From Bigelowiella natans CCMP2755 (taxonomy: Eukaryota > Protista > Cercozoa), in assembly GCA_000320545.1 (NCBI GenBank), contig ADNK01001083.1, forward strand, positions 62,001-126,000: 64,000 bases of DNA. Direction: 5' to 3'. The notes under the pieces were generated by a model, which was given only the letters and a program-made list of their open reading frames with translations, was not told the DNA's origin and made no database searches. The position numbers and the translations under genes were made by a program. This document shows positions 29,922-44,181 of this stretch, one piece after another. How positions within the stretch are numbered: the first letter of the stretch is position 1; each line of letters begins with the position of its first letter.

Positions 29922-30963
29922 TGAGCTCGAAGTCACACCATGCTTAGTAGCCATAGTTTGTACATCGCTAAGATATGCTTTCAAAGCCTCTGCCTAAAAA
30001 AAACCAATCGACAAAAACAATACGAAAAATCTAAACTGTATTGCATTTCTCAGTTCCTCCGACACATCGTCATCATTTCCGCAATTTCACAAAAATAAGG
30101 CTACAAATATTGAGCAATTCAGCGAAGTGCCGGAGAGATAAATGGGTATTTTCTCCCAATTAATGAGTTTTCGCAGTGCAAAAAATGTTATAGCTTAGAT
30201 CGATTAAATCGTTCCAACACCAGCTCAGCCTTGAATAAGATGCGGAAATTGATTATATTTGCAAAAGCGACCTGCATTGTGTAATTGTATGGAACTGTAG
30301 CAGCATCCGCCAAGCGAAGTGTTAAAAGGCCCCAGACCTTTTCGAGGAATGACAATGTACACATCACAGGTAAGAGAGGTCATCCTCAGCTTTTTGAGGA
30401 GATGGGGAGACGTGTGTGGGGTGAGCTAATCATTTCACCTGCGACATTGCGACATGGTACCGAAAGCCAGGATCTCCCTTTGTTTTGATCAAACCAACAG
30501 TTATGCATACGGCTTTGAAAGGTGAGTAGAAATCAGGCAGGAAATGCCAGTAGCTTTCCATGCAATACGGCTTTACCCGCCACAGGGTCAACGCCATTAC
30601 TATTCTCAGTATTCTGAAATCTAATCGGAGCCAAGATGATTACCTGCCTCGCAACCCAATCGAAGCTATCGTACACGCTATGATACGCGCCATACTTGGC
30701 ATCTGCGTTGAAGTGAGAAAGACGGTGTGAGGGAATCAGAATTTGTTGTTTTGAAGTTGAGCAGAGAGATGATAGAGTGATGAGCGACCTGACTGCGTGC
30801 CGAACCACATATCAACCGATGGAATTCCCTGGTGGTTAGGCATTGCCGTGCACAGAATTGATAATGAAAAACAACACAGATAAGAAGGGGTTTCTCGCAA
30901 TGGGTGAAGAGATTGCAAATAATCATCAGGGCGTTTTTTAATACAATAATTGCACACACGAAG

Positions 30964-31001
<38 letters not shown>

Positions 31002-31081
31002 TATGTAAAAATAAATTATAAAGTCAAATAAATGTGATCTAAACGTGTATATTTTCTTGCATGCATTTTTGTATACATATT

Positions 31082-31121
<40 letters not shown>

Positions 31122-31721
31122 TGACTAAATGATGTACGTACTATGCATCTTAGACTAGTATACGCTATTAGCCCTTCTATCCGTCACTTCGTTAACTTCT
31201 ATGCCGCTCCTACTCACCAGATGCGTGAGGAAAGTCGTAAAATCCGATCCCCCCCCCAACCGCTTCATTTCGCCTTCGTTATTGACAAATATACGTTGAG
31301 AAAGAATCCTTCTTAACTTTGAATGCAAAACAAATCATCCCGCACTTTATAAGGTACCGTTCCAAAGTTTGATGAGAGGCTGTTGTGTGTTAGGGTCAAT
31401 CACGTCACGCAACACTCCAGCAATTGCCGACCCTTTCGCGACGAACGACAGCAATAATATAGATATAGAAGAAGCTGATATGAGATATATCTACTTTCAA
31501 CTCAGGCTGACAGGATTAACCCCCCTCCTCAATAGTAGCATACGAATGTATGAAAACATGTTCCCATGCTCTTGGTTTCTTCTCTTTTCTCAAGGAATCA
31601 ACTATTTATTGCAGACCGAAGACAGGGACTCCGCCAATGTTGAATTTTGTCCCAGTCACACCCTGCATGTATCATGATGAAGGCCTTACGATTTTAACCA
31701 TACCCATGCAACTTAACAAAC

Positions 31722-31761
<40 letters not shown>

Positions 31762-32271
31762 ACAGCAGCACTCGTATGCAAATAGTTGGCATTTGCAAGT
31801 GTTGTGTTGTAATGTCCCAGCTTCCATGCATCATCCCTTAAGCCACACAGTCTACGATGTTCTCCGAGTGAAACCGATTGTAGAGAGTCGGGAAACAAGC
31901 ATCATCAAGACAAAAAAACAATACCGTATCAACATTGAGATAAGCTATAGCATTCTTCAACTCATCAGCGTGCGTCTCTCCCCTGAAACAAAGCAATAAT
32001 AACCACGTCGATTCTTGTACGCACAACTATGAGCAGAGGCAGTGAATGTAGACACGAGGAGGGGGGGGGGGGGGGGGGGGGGTGGGCAAAGGAAACAAAC
32101 GCAACCAGGCAACGCTTCCAATCAGGCCATGTTCTTCGCCGTCCCATGAACAGAGCCAAATGCTCCTAAGTCAGTTTAGAAAGCTCATATTTACCTACAG
32201 CCTATCAGCATGCTGTTAGTGGTATGGTGTGAGTGCTGGGCCAACTGTGCCGATACATATATTATATAAAA

Positions 32272-32316
<45 letters not shown>

Positions 32317-32486
32317 GTCGTGATCCCGTACAGCAGCACCTTTTAGGCCTCCATCCGTTGTGGAGAAGGATACCCAAGCCTCTAGCAACCTTAGGATATA
32401 GCATTAGATTTCAGCATGGTGGTGAGCAAATAGATCACATGGACCCTGCGTCAAGCACATTCACACACACAAACACATTTATATAA

Positions 32487-32521
<35 letters not shown>

Positions 32522-33220
32522 GCCGATTTTAAGTAAATGACACAAGAACCAAACATGCTGGAAAACATAGAAACTCTTACACGATTCCTTTTTCAACCAA
32601 TTCTGAAATCTACGGGGTGGATTATGAAAATCATCGGGCGATAACGGCTAAAAGCCTACTCGCCCGAGTACAAGCTTGATTTATTCATTCTCTCTTTTCA
32701 TTTGTAGATGACTTACTTCAAGCATTTGTGCCGTTCCGCTATTGGGGTCAGCAGCTCCATAAACCTGTTTTTATTGTAGAGGGGAGGGGGGGGGAGGGGG
32801 GGCAAATTAATTCAATTAGTCCATTTATTGATTATTGTAATCTTCCACTGACTTTGGGAGATCTCTTTGTTTACCTTCGTGGAAAACGTACCAAAAAGTT
32901 TAAAAACGAGAGGAGTGCTATATAACGATAATACTTCCTCTCACTCTTCTTCTCTCCTCGCCTTCTTGTGAGCGTTGTGCGTATTGTATGTGTTGTTCGT
33001 GTAGTTATCCTCCTCCTCCTCCTCCTCCTCCTCCTCCTCCTCCTCCTCCTCTTTGCTGACCCATGCATCACGATGATTCCCAATGATTATAGGAAAAGAT
33101 TGGTTCGCTTCTTTGTCACGTCCGTGTATTTTCCCTTCACATTAAAGCACATACACATGGAAAAATGAGAAAATAAAGGTTAAGCAATTTAAAGTTTTGT
33201 TGTGAATATGTTTGTTGATC

Positions 33221-33294
<74 letters not shown>

Positions 33295-34862
33295 TTCCAT
33301 CTATCTTATGATATGCATACCGATTACATTCCAGATAGGACTAGTCGCGTGTTTGTTTTTAATCTGAAGATTATTCAAAGGGCGTGATCAGCTGAAATGC
33401 ACTTCTCTACTCCCCGAATGCTGTGCGTACATTGAGCTCCACAAGGTCCGATGAAGGCCCTATCCTATAACCCTGAAATAAATTTAAAACCTTGACGAAT
33501 TGCCTGGGTGTGTTCGCTTGCGTAACATGACCCAATACATCTCGCAGCATAAAAATTTCAAATGATGAAAATCGCTATGTATCCTATTCCAATCCCCACT
33601 CCCCCCATATATATATATCATCCAGCTCTGTTTTAAAGACGACGTTTGCCAGATGAAGATCTCCGGTGAATTGAGGAGGAGCCATGGGGCCCTGTAGCGA
33701 TTCCAATAGAGGCACCTGGCACATAGCATGGCTGATGAAATATGTAGAAGATGCTTCAACAATGAAATGCCCATGAAGTGCAACGTGTGCGGGTGATGCG
33801 AGAAAGAAGTTTTAAGTCGTACCGCGTCTCCCCAACTGATGGGTAGCACCTGTTTTTATTTCAGAAAATACTTTTAGATTCTAGTGCTTGTGCACTGTTT
33901 TTTGGTAACTTGTTTGTGGGGCTACAAGATGACTGAAAATAGATAACCGAATAACTTTGCATGTTTTGCATCATCTCGCAACGTGTTTCAGCTAACGCGT
34001 TCTAAGAATTTAACGAAGAAAATTCTCATTCTTTTTTTTGGATTTTTGCACCGGTATTTTGGGTACTAGATCAGAGCTGTTATAGCCACAGGCATCCAGA
34101 TCTAAACAGCAATCAAAAGGAACTCATTAGATTCAAAGTAGCACCGAATATTAACCATTCAAGCGGTCTAATTCTAAATGCTTCAAAGGATTTCTTATTT
34201 TTACTATGGCATTCTTGCACATGGCAAGATATTCCGATCAAATGCCAATCAAATGTTGCCAGAAACCCGATTTGGCAGCTGCTCATGCAGGCATATCACG
34301 AGGTGTGGGTCGTCGGTGACGTGTGCGAAAAGACACGTGTGCTCGAGGAGTAGTAGGATGTAATTTGGAAATGTTGCGTATCACCTTTTGGGAGGTAAAG
34401 TCTTTGCGGATCCCCAGCGCATAAGTTGCTGAACTATTTGTCGTAAGGAGAGAGGCAGGGGCGGGGGGGTGATGATGCAAATATACGCGTCAGCTGTCCG
34501 CCTTCATGTACACGTATTGAATGATTTATGCCTTCGTCTCAATGTGGAAACAAAAGCAGATTTCGTTTTGAAAAAAATAGATAAATAGAAGAATGTGCCA
34601 GTCAAGAAGTATCAATTGCATCGGCCACTAACCTGCATTGAGCCTCTCTGCACGCCGTACTTTGGCCTCCACGGCCCATCAGGATAAGTCGCTCCTTGGC
34701 TATACCTGGATGCAAGTAAGAGCAGCAGCAGCAGTGGGGAAGAGGGATATGGTGATGATAATCACGCATACGATCAGCCAAACGAAATTTAGGTGTATGT
34801 ATCAGAATAGATGTAGCATGGCTGGTCTAGGTTCAAGTACACACACACACACACACACACAC

Positions 34863-34899
<37 letters not shown>

Positions 34900-37573
34900 T
34901 GTACGTATCAGCCATGTCCTATCACACAAATTCTTTTTCATATTGACGAACTAAAATCTATCGTCGTCGCTTCAAGACACTGTAAGTGTAGAGCATTTTA
35001 AATTGGAATCGTACCCCCCCCTCCCTCCCCCGAAAACAACATACGTTTCCCAGCTGCGAAGGCAACGGTCGAGACACAAAAAAGGATAGTATTTGTGGAA
35101 TGTTTCTTGGTCGCAACACACGCATGATAAAAAAAACGCAAGGTCTTCTTGAATTCTCCCACCCGTCTTGCTGCGGGTCACTGTAAATCAAAGCGCCTAC
35201 AGCCCCTCTCTCCATCGCGTTCTTCACCTATGATCCATGTTGGTTTTGATTTGAATTTGCGTATTACGCACGCTGCATATCCTAAACATGGAAAGAAAGG
35301 TTGCAGTCGTGTATGTTTGTAAGAAGACATTGATTTTACGCTTGGCCTAGGGAATAGAGGTGCTAAGTGTGAATACATTAAAATGCTGTCAGGGTTTTCC
35401 TCATTGTTAGCGTGATCGAAATGTGTATGTTTCTGTGCAATGCCTTTATGCCTCGATGAGACTCTCCATATCGTGCGATAACAATCTATTTGTCACATTT
35501 TCATCCGAAAGAATCAATCAATTGCTTGCATGTGTGTCTGTGTGTGTGTGAGTGTGTGTGAGTGTTTTCCCTTCTGTACTGAAATGCTGCTACATGTCCA
35601 ATAAAAAATAATAGCAATGCACATACACGAATCATATCAAGTAGCGTTGTCGTACGAAAGCGTGATGAGAAATTCAATTGGCTGCTACTACCTTGTTTGC
35701 GACTGAAACGCCAACAGATTCAAGGTACTGCATCAAACATGGATGGCCAAGGCATTATTACGTTGGAAAATGCACCATATTTTAGGTATTAGCAGCAGCA
35801 TGTGTACTGTGAACATGGGTAAAGACGTATAAAGATCTAGTGCAAGTTCCATAACGCACGTCATAATCCTGCTCCAGTCCGAAGTTGACGTAGACCTGTT
35901 GATTGATGTTTCACAAACAATCATGTGATTGGACATGAAGCCATCCGTTTCACAGGAAAACTTTGTTATTTTACACTCTGTATTGATGAAATTCTAACGA
36001 TATCTCTGTATGAAGTCTTCAACTTAAATTCGTATCACGAAGCTATAATAACCAATATAATAAGGTTTAAAATTTAAAAGATACAAATGTAATATCGACT
36101 ACTTTTGTCCAATAATATTTTTCTAAATATGTTTCTATAGGTAGACAACCAATGGCGCTGTTGCATTGCCGCTTGGAACATACGCGCCAAACGTGTGATT
36201 CCTTTTTAATATCAAAACAATCATACCTTTTGCATGCATTCAGTTTTACAGATAGTGCAGGCTATAGCACAAACAAAATCTCATTACTGCGGCTTCGAAA
36301 CGGGAGAAAAAATCTTTGTTTCAAGCGACGGATATTGCCGGAATTAGCCTCGCAATTATAGGCCATGATTTTTATTGCAATGTATAATCTATGTAAGAGC
36401 TGTCCGAAAATTCAGTGAGAGAGTAAACAACCTCCACCATGTGTTGCTGGTATGGTCTTCGGGCAAGATGGGTTCAGCTAACGCTGCTGTATATTTCACG
36501 GATCTTTGGGGATCTGCATCGTTTGTGTACGATATGAGCTTCAGACTCCGAGAAACGGGGTATGTCAATCCTGCAAGGATTGTTTGCACAGACACTTCAT
36601 CTAGTCCGTATTCGTTGAAACGTGACCTACGTTCATTACATCATATTGACGTGTTTAAAGATAGGCTTATCTGAAGAATGCTCAATGCACAGAAACGGGT
36701 TTATCAATAGTGAGGATTTTAGTTTGTGAAAAGCATTCGAATCTAAGAACAGCTTCAATCGTCTACATACTCGATGAATCTCGCTGTCTCATTGTCCCCC
36801 TTTGTGCCGGCCATGTGGGGCTTAGCAGTTAATATGCGTAGGTTTTCGCGAGCAGATGTGCTGTTTGGAATCTATAGCCCAGAATGAAGCAGGGTGAATT
36901 AAAAATATAAATGATATTAGAACAATGGCGAGTGCTCGGCAACGGGGCGGCTAAGAGTTTAGATGGTGCTCTCCAAAATAGTCCAATTTGTAACTTTCGA
37001 GATCCATATCATCATTAATACCTCAAGAAAACTACGCTCAATTTCTGTAAGCTCTTTGAATGTGCCTGTATCGGCGAGCGTGACAGGAGCTTGGGGCGTG
37101 TAGGGACTGTTGTCGCTGCTGCTGCTGCTGCTCCTGCTCACGAAGGCCTCGCGATCGATGTGATCGAACACATGAAATCTGCTCATTTATTGGTTAATCA
37201 TATAAAAGAAGGTATGGTAGAGTGACACTCATTTGTGGTGAGGTGTAATGGTGGTGGTTTGACCCTTTCTCGCCCTTCTGATGCGAACAAGCGATGGCTA
37301 GTCCAAACAAGAGATTGCTCCGTGCCGGCCACATGATCATCTATATTATTCACTTTATCAGAAAATGTCACCCTCTAGTTTGTTGTTCCATATCCCAGAA
37401 TCACATCCTAGCCCTGCTCCGCCATCCTAATCGTCTCTGCTCTTACCGTGCGTGGCACGAAGCACGGGGGTCGGATAGAAAAGGACCAGCCGATCGATCT
37501 GCTAGCCTACTGTGAGCGTGAAAGTAACTAGAGTAAGTCAGCCATGAGGCATTGTCGCAGGTAGAAATACCAT
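27730..37573 (-). CDS. Glutamate carboxypeptidase II / transferrin-receptor-like M28B metallopeptidase (PA + M28 + TFR-dimer domains) with a C-terminal TM helix
   Basis: Exons: SARENLRILTAKPHMAGT; VKNAMERGAVGALIYSDPQQDG; YPDGPWRPKYGVQRGS; VLPISWGDA; IGNHRDAWV; GAADPNSGT; VARGLGILLHNGWRPKR; NAIAYLNVD; YGAYHSVYDSFDW; MVERGFL; GLVGRKWFKHALQAPS; YGSDVFPAV. Confidence 0.92.
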
Positions 37574-37864
37574 AGCATTTACACCAGTACGACAAATGAA
37601 CTGCTTGGTTGGAACGAGGGCTCCTGGTAGTCGCAGCGCGGAAAAAGGGGCAAAATCCAGATGGCTTTGAACCGTGAAAGAGCGCGAAGGTGTTTGGTTT
37701 CGCTCAGGTTTGGGTAGACGCAGCCCAAGATTTCGTCGAGACACGAGACAATTGGCGTATTTTAAGGTATTTCAGCGGTATTTCGATGAAGAGTATCCGG
37801 GAATACTTCCTATTGGATCTTAATTTAGAGCTCGTCTTTCTCCACCCACCTCGTGCTTTGGAAA

Positions 37865-40511
37865 ATGAAGAAGCTTCGGGAGCGTCTTGGCCGGCTGAGG
37901 CGCAGGCAAAATTCTAAACCAAGCAGCAGCATTGCTACTTGTAAAGCTCCATGTAGGGATGGAAAGTGTAGCCAGGATGTGAAGTCCAGTGGTGATAACA
38001 AGCTAAGTATGAACACGAAGGCAGACGTTCCGAGACAACACTGCAACCTTGCCCAGAGGGAAATATCCAAGATCGGAAGCAATGAGAAAGAAAATATAAA
38101 TCCCACGTACACTGCCGAGAGTACTTGCCCTCTTTGTGGAAAAGACCTGGCTAACTTGTACATCGAGATTCGAAAGTTGTTCTAAATGCACCAATCTTGT
38201 TATTTTCATTATCTATGAAACTCGCATAATGTAGCCTCGTTAGCGACGGGACGCTGTGTTGAACATGATCGTAAAATAGATACTAATCACTGAAACATCT
38301 ACAGGTCCCATGTTCAAAACTGCTTAGAAGTGAGTCGCAAGAGGCCGAGGCAGAAGGAAGATGATGTTGCGTCCAGAACAACAATGCCCCCGTTGAAGAA
38401 AGGCCCTTCTTCCATCCCACGTCTTCTTGCCTGCTCTCCTCGAAATCAATCATTTCATCCAGACCGTCATTGCTTTCTCTGTGGGGCTGATGCAAGTGGG
38501 CTGACGAATAGAGAATTCCAGGAACATATAAATCTTTGTTTAGATCAAAAATCGATGGAAAAACTCCTTGGAGTTTATGACCAGAAGGATATGGCAAACC
38601 AAGCACAGACAGTAGGGAACGAAGATCATAAAGAAGTTGATGAAGATGCTTTAGAAGGTAGGATTCGATGAAAAATTCTAAATATATCAGGATCAACATC
38701 ATGATTATGTTGTGTATCACCTCCCTTAACTCTAGTATTCTCTTCTCGTTTTCTACTATATTCTGATCTGGTAAAAAAAGGAGGAGAGCTGATGGCCAGT
38801 TCAAACTACACGTGCAAATACTGCGGAAAAAGCCTATCTGGACTTACGTTTTCCACCCGAGTCAACCATCTCAAAAAGTGCGAATTGGCTCCTAAAGGTT
38901 CGACAGCAGAAGAACAAGCAGAAGCTGCAGCGTCTAAAAAAGCCACGCTCCTAGACTTCTTCAATGTCCCACACAATCACCCTATAAAGAAACGAGAAAG
39001 GGTAGAGGCAATGAAGAAATCGTGGCAAGCAATTTTAACGGGTGGTGGAGGAGGGGGGGTTCGCCGGAGTAAAAAAAAAATTGGAGGAGGTAAAAGTAGT
39101 GCCGATACGCGCCAAAATAGTGGGAAAAAGATTAATTCCAGCAAAGCTTCAGCTACTCGAAAATCTGGGAGGGGGAGAAACAGTAGGGCTGGTAATAGTA
39201 AATTGAGGAAATACAAAGTGGGGGGGGTGGCGACCAAGCAGAATGTTCCATTTTGGAAGCTCTTACAAGGTTTGCAGAGACGATAATAAACATGCCTGTA
39301 TGCGTCCCTCAATAAGAATTTCAAAAGCATTTTCAGATTTTATTTTTTCTTAGATAAATATTTGCACAATATTTGAGTTTACCTCGTAGAAGTATTTATT
39401 GTAAAACATAAAAACTTTTTTGTTTCTATTCTCTGCCTACAACAAAGATTGATTTATTCTATTTTTGGCATTTCATTATGGAGAAGTAGACTTTCCCTGT
39501 CGAATACGTACGACTGCAACATGTTTGGTATCATCAGGAACGAGGTTCATCGTTGACGGATTTCACTACGCAGATCGAAGCTTCCACTCGTCTTCTTCCT
39601 CCTCCGCCTCCCCCCATGTCTTTTTCTTATCACATTTTCACTCGGACCATTATACGGGTCTCACCAGGCATTTCTCCTCTGGGAAGATATATTGCACTAA
39701 GGTGTAGCGGGTTTTGTGTTTGTGCGTGCCTGTGTGTGTATGTAGGAGAGTGTGCTTGTGTGTGTGTGTGTGTGTGTGTGTGTGGTGTATATATGTGCAC
39801 GTTGTGGAGACGGTGTACATGCAAGTGTTCGCAGCATGAGAGTATTCATGAATACTTCCAAAGCACGCAAAAGAACATAGCACCGTTCGGTGTTCCCCGT
39901 AACTTGCAAAACTGTTAATACACAATACAGGACGATATTTATTATGTTTTTAAAAGGTAACTGCCCGGCTCCTCGCCTCTAGGTTCGGACTGCGAGGATG
40001 CGTGGAAGGAATGCCCCTTAATAAGCCGTTTACCGTTGACGACGCAGAAGTCACTTTCCTAGACGCAAACCACTGTCCGGGTTCAGCCATGATTCTTTTC
40101 GAATTACAAAAGAGCAGAAGGAAGTATCTTCATGTTGGTGATTTCCGATACACGTCAGAGATGCGTCTCTACCCGAAGCTCAAGGTGTGAGACAATACAA
40201 ACGAAGAAGAAGAAGAAGAAGAAGACAGAAGAGTTCATTATCCGTGTTTTTGGGGTAATGGTGACTCTGACTCACGTGCAATGGTGTTGCTAGGAATTGA
40301 AGGAGAGGGAGTTGGACATTATCTATTTAGACACGACGTATTGTGATCCGAAACGAGACTTTCCGTCGCAGAAGTTTTGCATCGACTACGTAGCTCGGCA
40401 CTGTGAGGTTGCTTTGCGGAGTAAGAAGGTAGTTGAAGTCTCAAAAAATGAGTCCCACATCCTTGTTGGAACCTCCACACAAACTAAGTCGGGAAATGTG
40501 CGTTTTGTGTG

Positions 40512-40553
<42 letters not shown>

Positions 40554-43085
40554 ACATCAAAGACGCTTGTTTGCATCGGTGCGTACTCAATTGGGAAAGA
40601 GCGTGTGCAGCTCGGGATCGTGTCCCGCTGTAAAACAAAAATATACGTTGATTCGACAAGGTAGTGCTGGTAGAGGACACAGGGTTCGGTTTCAAAGGCA
40701 TGAGCTTGCGAAAGGAGCGTGTGTTCTTTAGTGTTACGAGACGTCTAGCACGTTTTTTGGTGGCGTTCTACAACAAAATACGTGTTTTCTTTCATCCAAA
40801 TAATAGCGAAAGACACTCCGAAAACGAGATATATTCTTATTGGTTTTAAAACGTACGACGCAAAATCTGATGAGTTTTTTGAGTTTCATCAAAGTTGGAA
40901 CGGAGAGGAGGTGGTCCTGCTACTTCACGAACCCGGGCACATTACTTTGAATTTTTTTGAGCACAAAGTTTCTCTTTCGGTGTGCTTTCTCTTCTTACCT
41001 AATACGCACCACACGATGAAAAGGTACAAAACATACGCGCAGTTGGATCTGCCTTTTTCCACACTGGATTTCTCCAAATGCAAAACTCCGAAGCCGTCTT
41101 TATTTGGCCCTTCGACGGCGAAGAACCAACAAGCAGACGCAGATAAAGAGGGGGGCGGGTTTTTAATCGGGGACAGCAGCGAGTTGCATGCTGGTAATGA
41201 AGAGGCATCTGAGGACACCTTGCTTGGAGAAAGACCAAAAAAATATGAGGGTAGGAAGATACATAATTGGTGATGAGATGAATATAATTACAGAGAACTA
41301 ACTCGCCATAGGAACGTTTCTTCTTTATGTTCTTACACATTTTGCTTGTCTCTCCCTCTACTCAAAGAATCGATATCGTTTCGATCCTCCTTGTATCAGT
41401 GTGAAAACATAGAGTAGATTGTCATCACGATATTCGGTAATAGGTATGGGCAGATTAGACGTAGAAATGCAAGACGATCTTGAAGAGGCCTTACTTGGTC
41501 TCGATTTTGAGGGGAACACATCTGATAATCGAGGCACTGAAGAATGCAGAAATTGGAATACTCCCTCTCTTTTTCCAACGTAGAACAATCCTTTGCACCT
41601 GTACTTTTCATTATTTGGTTTCATTAACGATGTGAGCAACTCTACTGGGGACAGCAATCAAAAATCTAACCGCTAGTGATGTGTCGTGAATAATAAATAT
41701 TTCGATTTTCTTGGGTCTAACGTAAACTGAAGGGGAAAAAATGTAACTTCCAGATTGAGTAAGGAACGCATGAAGGAGATCGAAAAGAAGGAGTCTATGA
41801 ACAAGCATCTTCTCTCTTCGGTAAATTCTCCTTTGCATGTCTGAAGTTGGATAGCCGAAGTGCTCGTGTGCATTTGCTCCACAAGGCGAGGGTGAGTTGA
41901 TTGTGCTCACACGCTGTAAAACAGGACGACGAAGATGAAAAAGCCATAGCGCAGGAATCGCCTCAAGACAAATCGCAACAACGTGGGACAACCGGCAGCA
42001 CCAAGCTGAAGCCACGAAACATCACCGATGTGTACACGACGAACCCAAGGTATGAGAATACAAAGGATGTTTCAGATCTTAGGTTCACGGGGGAGGGGGG
42101 GGATGAAGAGGAGGACACATATCTAAGGCCAAACCTTTGAATTTCATTTATTGCTTTGATATTCCCTCAGGTGCTCGAACGTACACGTAGTTCCGATGGG
42201 GTACGGATATGTTTCTTCGTTTCCGCTGCTGAAATGCATGCATTTTGAGAGAGAAAAAAAACTTGCACTACTCACACATGAGAAACCTAATCTGTGGTCC
42301 ATCAGCTGGTTGAATAAATCACGCCTGGAAACCTATGCTGCATCGGTCGGGAGGTTCAGCAACATCGTCGCATTTCGGCCGACAGGGTGGTCTGGCAACC
42401 GACCAAAATGCATCAGAAAAGGTCAAAGCGCCATCGCAGATTTGTCCTTTTTTCCCCGGTGTTATTCCACATGATGTAGGCTAACAATGGCTGCTTTTGG
42501 TTTTGACTGTCTTTTGATCAAACGGATGGAATGTATGAGAAAGATTTGATAGAGTGAGTGAGTGAGTGAGTGTGTGTGTGTGTGCTCTCAGGGAAAGTAA
42601 CAATGCATCATGTTCCTTATTCGGAGCATAGCACATTCAACGAGCTTAGAGAATTTATTAGGTAAATAGTGTAGAAGAAATGGCATAAAAGTGGTAGATC
42701 AACTTTCAAAACACCGCGTTTCGAACGAGATTTTTGAAAGAACAGAAGGCAAACGACGACCTGGCATTGTATTGGAGCTAATTTAGTATTATTAGATTGG
42801 GGAATAGATGTGTCTCTCATATGAGTACTTTGGTGTGTGTTGTAGATGGTTAAAACCCAAGCGTATTATCCCCACTGTTAATGGCAAGGTAATAAAGCTT
42901 TATTTACATACCATAAATATCTCCGTGAATTTATTTATTCATACGCATTTGTGTGTGCTTGTCTTCTCGCCATCCATTGCAGTATTTTCCATACAATTCA
43001 AAATATTTCATGCATTTTCTTCGCAATATTTCGTCGTTAGGAGTGGAAAGCCATTCTTAGGCATTTCGAAGATTGTCTTCACTAG
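37865..43085 (+). CDS. DCLRE1A: DNA cross-link repair nuclease SNM1A/PSO2 family (MBL + beta-CASP) with N-terminal UBZ-type zinc fingers
   Basis: FIVDGF; FFLSHFHSDHYTGL; DANHCPGSAMILF; LHVGDFRY; IYLDTTY; GAYSIGKERV; IVAFRPTGWS; VPYSEHSTFNEL; PKRIIPTVN. N-terminal fingers CPLC..HVQNC, CFLC..HINLC and CKYC..HLKKC. Confidence 0.93.
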
Positions 43086-44181
43086 CACACACCCCACCTA
43101 TTACCATCATGATCCTTGGCCGGCAAACAAGGATATGAGACTCCATCGATAAATGCAAGGCACAAGAGATAGTTCATAAGAATTTCTTCCGTGCTCAAAT
43201 TGAATATGTGCGTCTGTTAGGCGAGTGTATCATAGAATGCGCCATCTGCATATTATCATTTATCTTCCTTGTCTTTATTGCTTATAATGATGAGCTATTA
43301 ACTAGTTAATACGGCTAGCATTGAATAATGTAAAATCGGCCTGCGTACGCGCACCGGATGTGACCGCGCGGACGCTGATAAGTCACTGTGTACGTGGATT
43401 TGAGAACCGAGTCACGTTCGGGTCTATTAAAACAATGCTATGAGTCCCTACATACTTGCAAGCATATACAATCGAGACGCTATCGTCACTTAGATTTATA
43501 CTGCATACTTGTTTTGCTTGCTCACGCATAATATTGCTGAGACAATCTGCAGCGGATATTCATCATTAGCGGTAGATCGACGTACATACATGATTAAAAA
43601 TTGAAAGCGTCGAACAACTGCGTGATAATAATCATGTGATCAGCATGCACGCAGTGCGGCTGAAGACACGGGTTCTCATTGTAGATTGCAAATATAATGG
43701 TAGTTTACGCTGATGTATGTATCAAATGAGCTTAGCTAGATAATTAAAAAGTAAACAAGCTAACTAGCTAACATGACTGATCGAATCAAATAACACAATT
43801 ATTGCTAGGTAGATCGCCTGCGCTCGCTGTGTGTGTCCCGAGAAGATAGACATGCACATTAATGTGCTTGTTTTATGAAATAGCATATACGTTTAATTAC
43901 TGACAAATTGATGTCCCACATAATAGCATGTGCGCATGGAATAAAGGACGCGAGCTGTGTTTGCTGATCTATCACTAGCATCGATGTGAACTAGCTACAC
44001 CTGCCCCTCGATCTAAAGATAAAAGAGGCAGCTAGGCAGCTGCATTATTTAGATATCTTAACGCGAATATCAAATACATTTTATGGGGACTTTTGCTGGG
44101 CTAATGACAATGACTATGATAATGCTGCGTGCACCAAGACATCTTGTTGGCGCTGTTATAAAGATGGTTGGAACAATGCTA

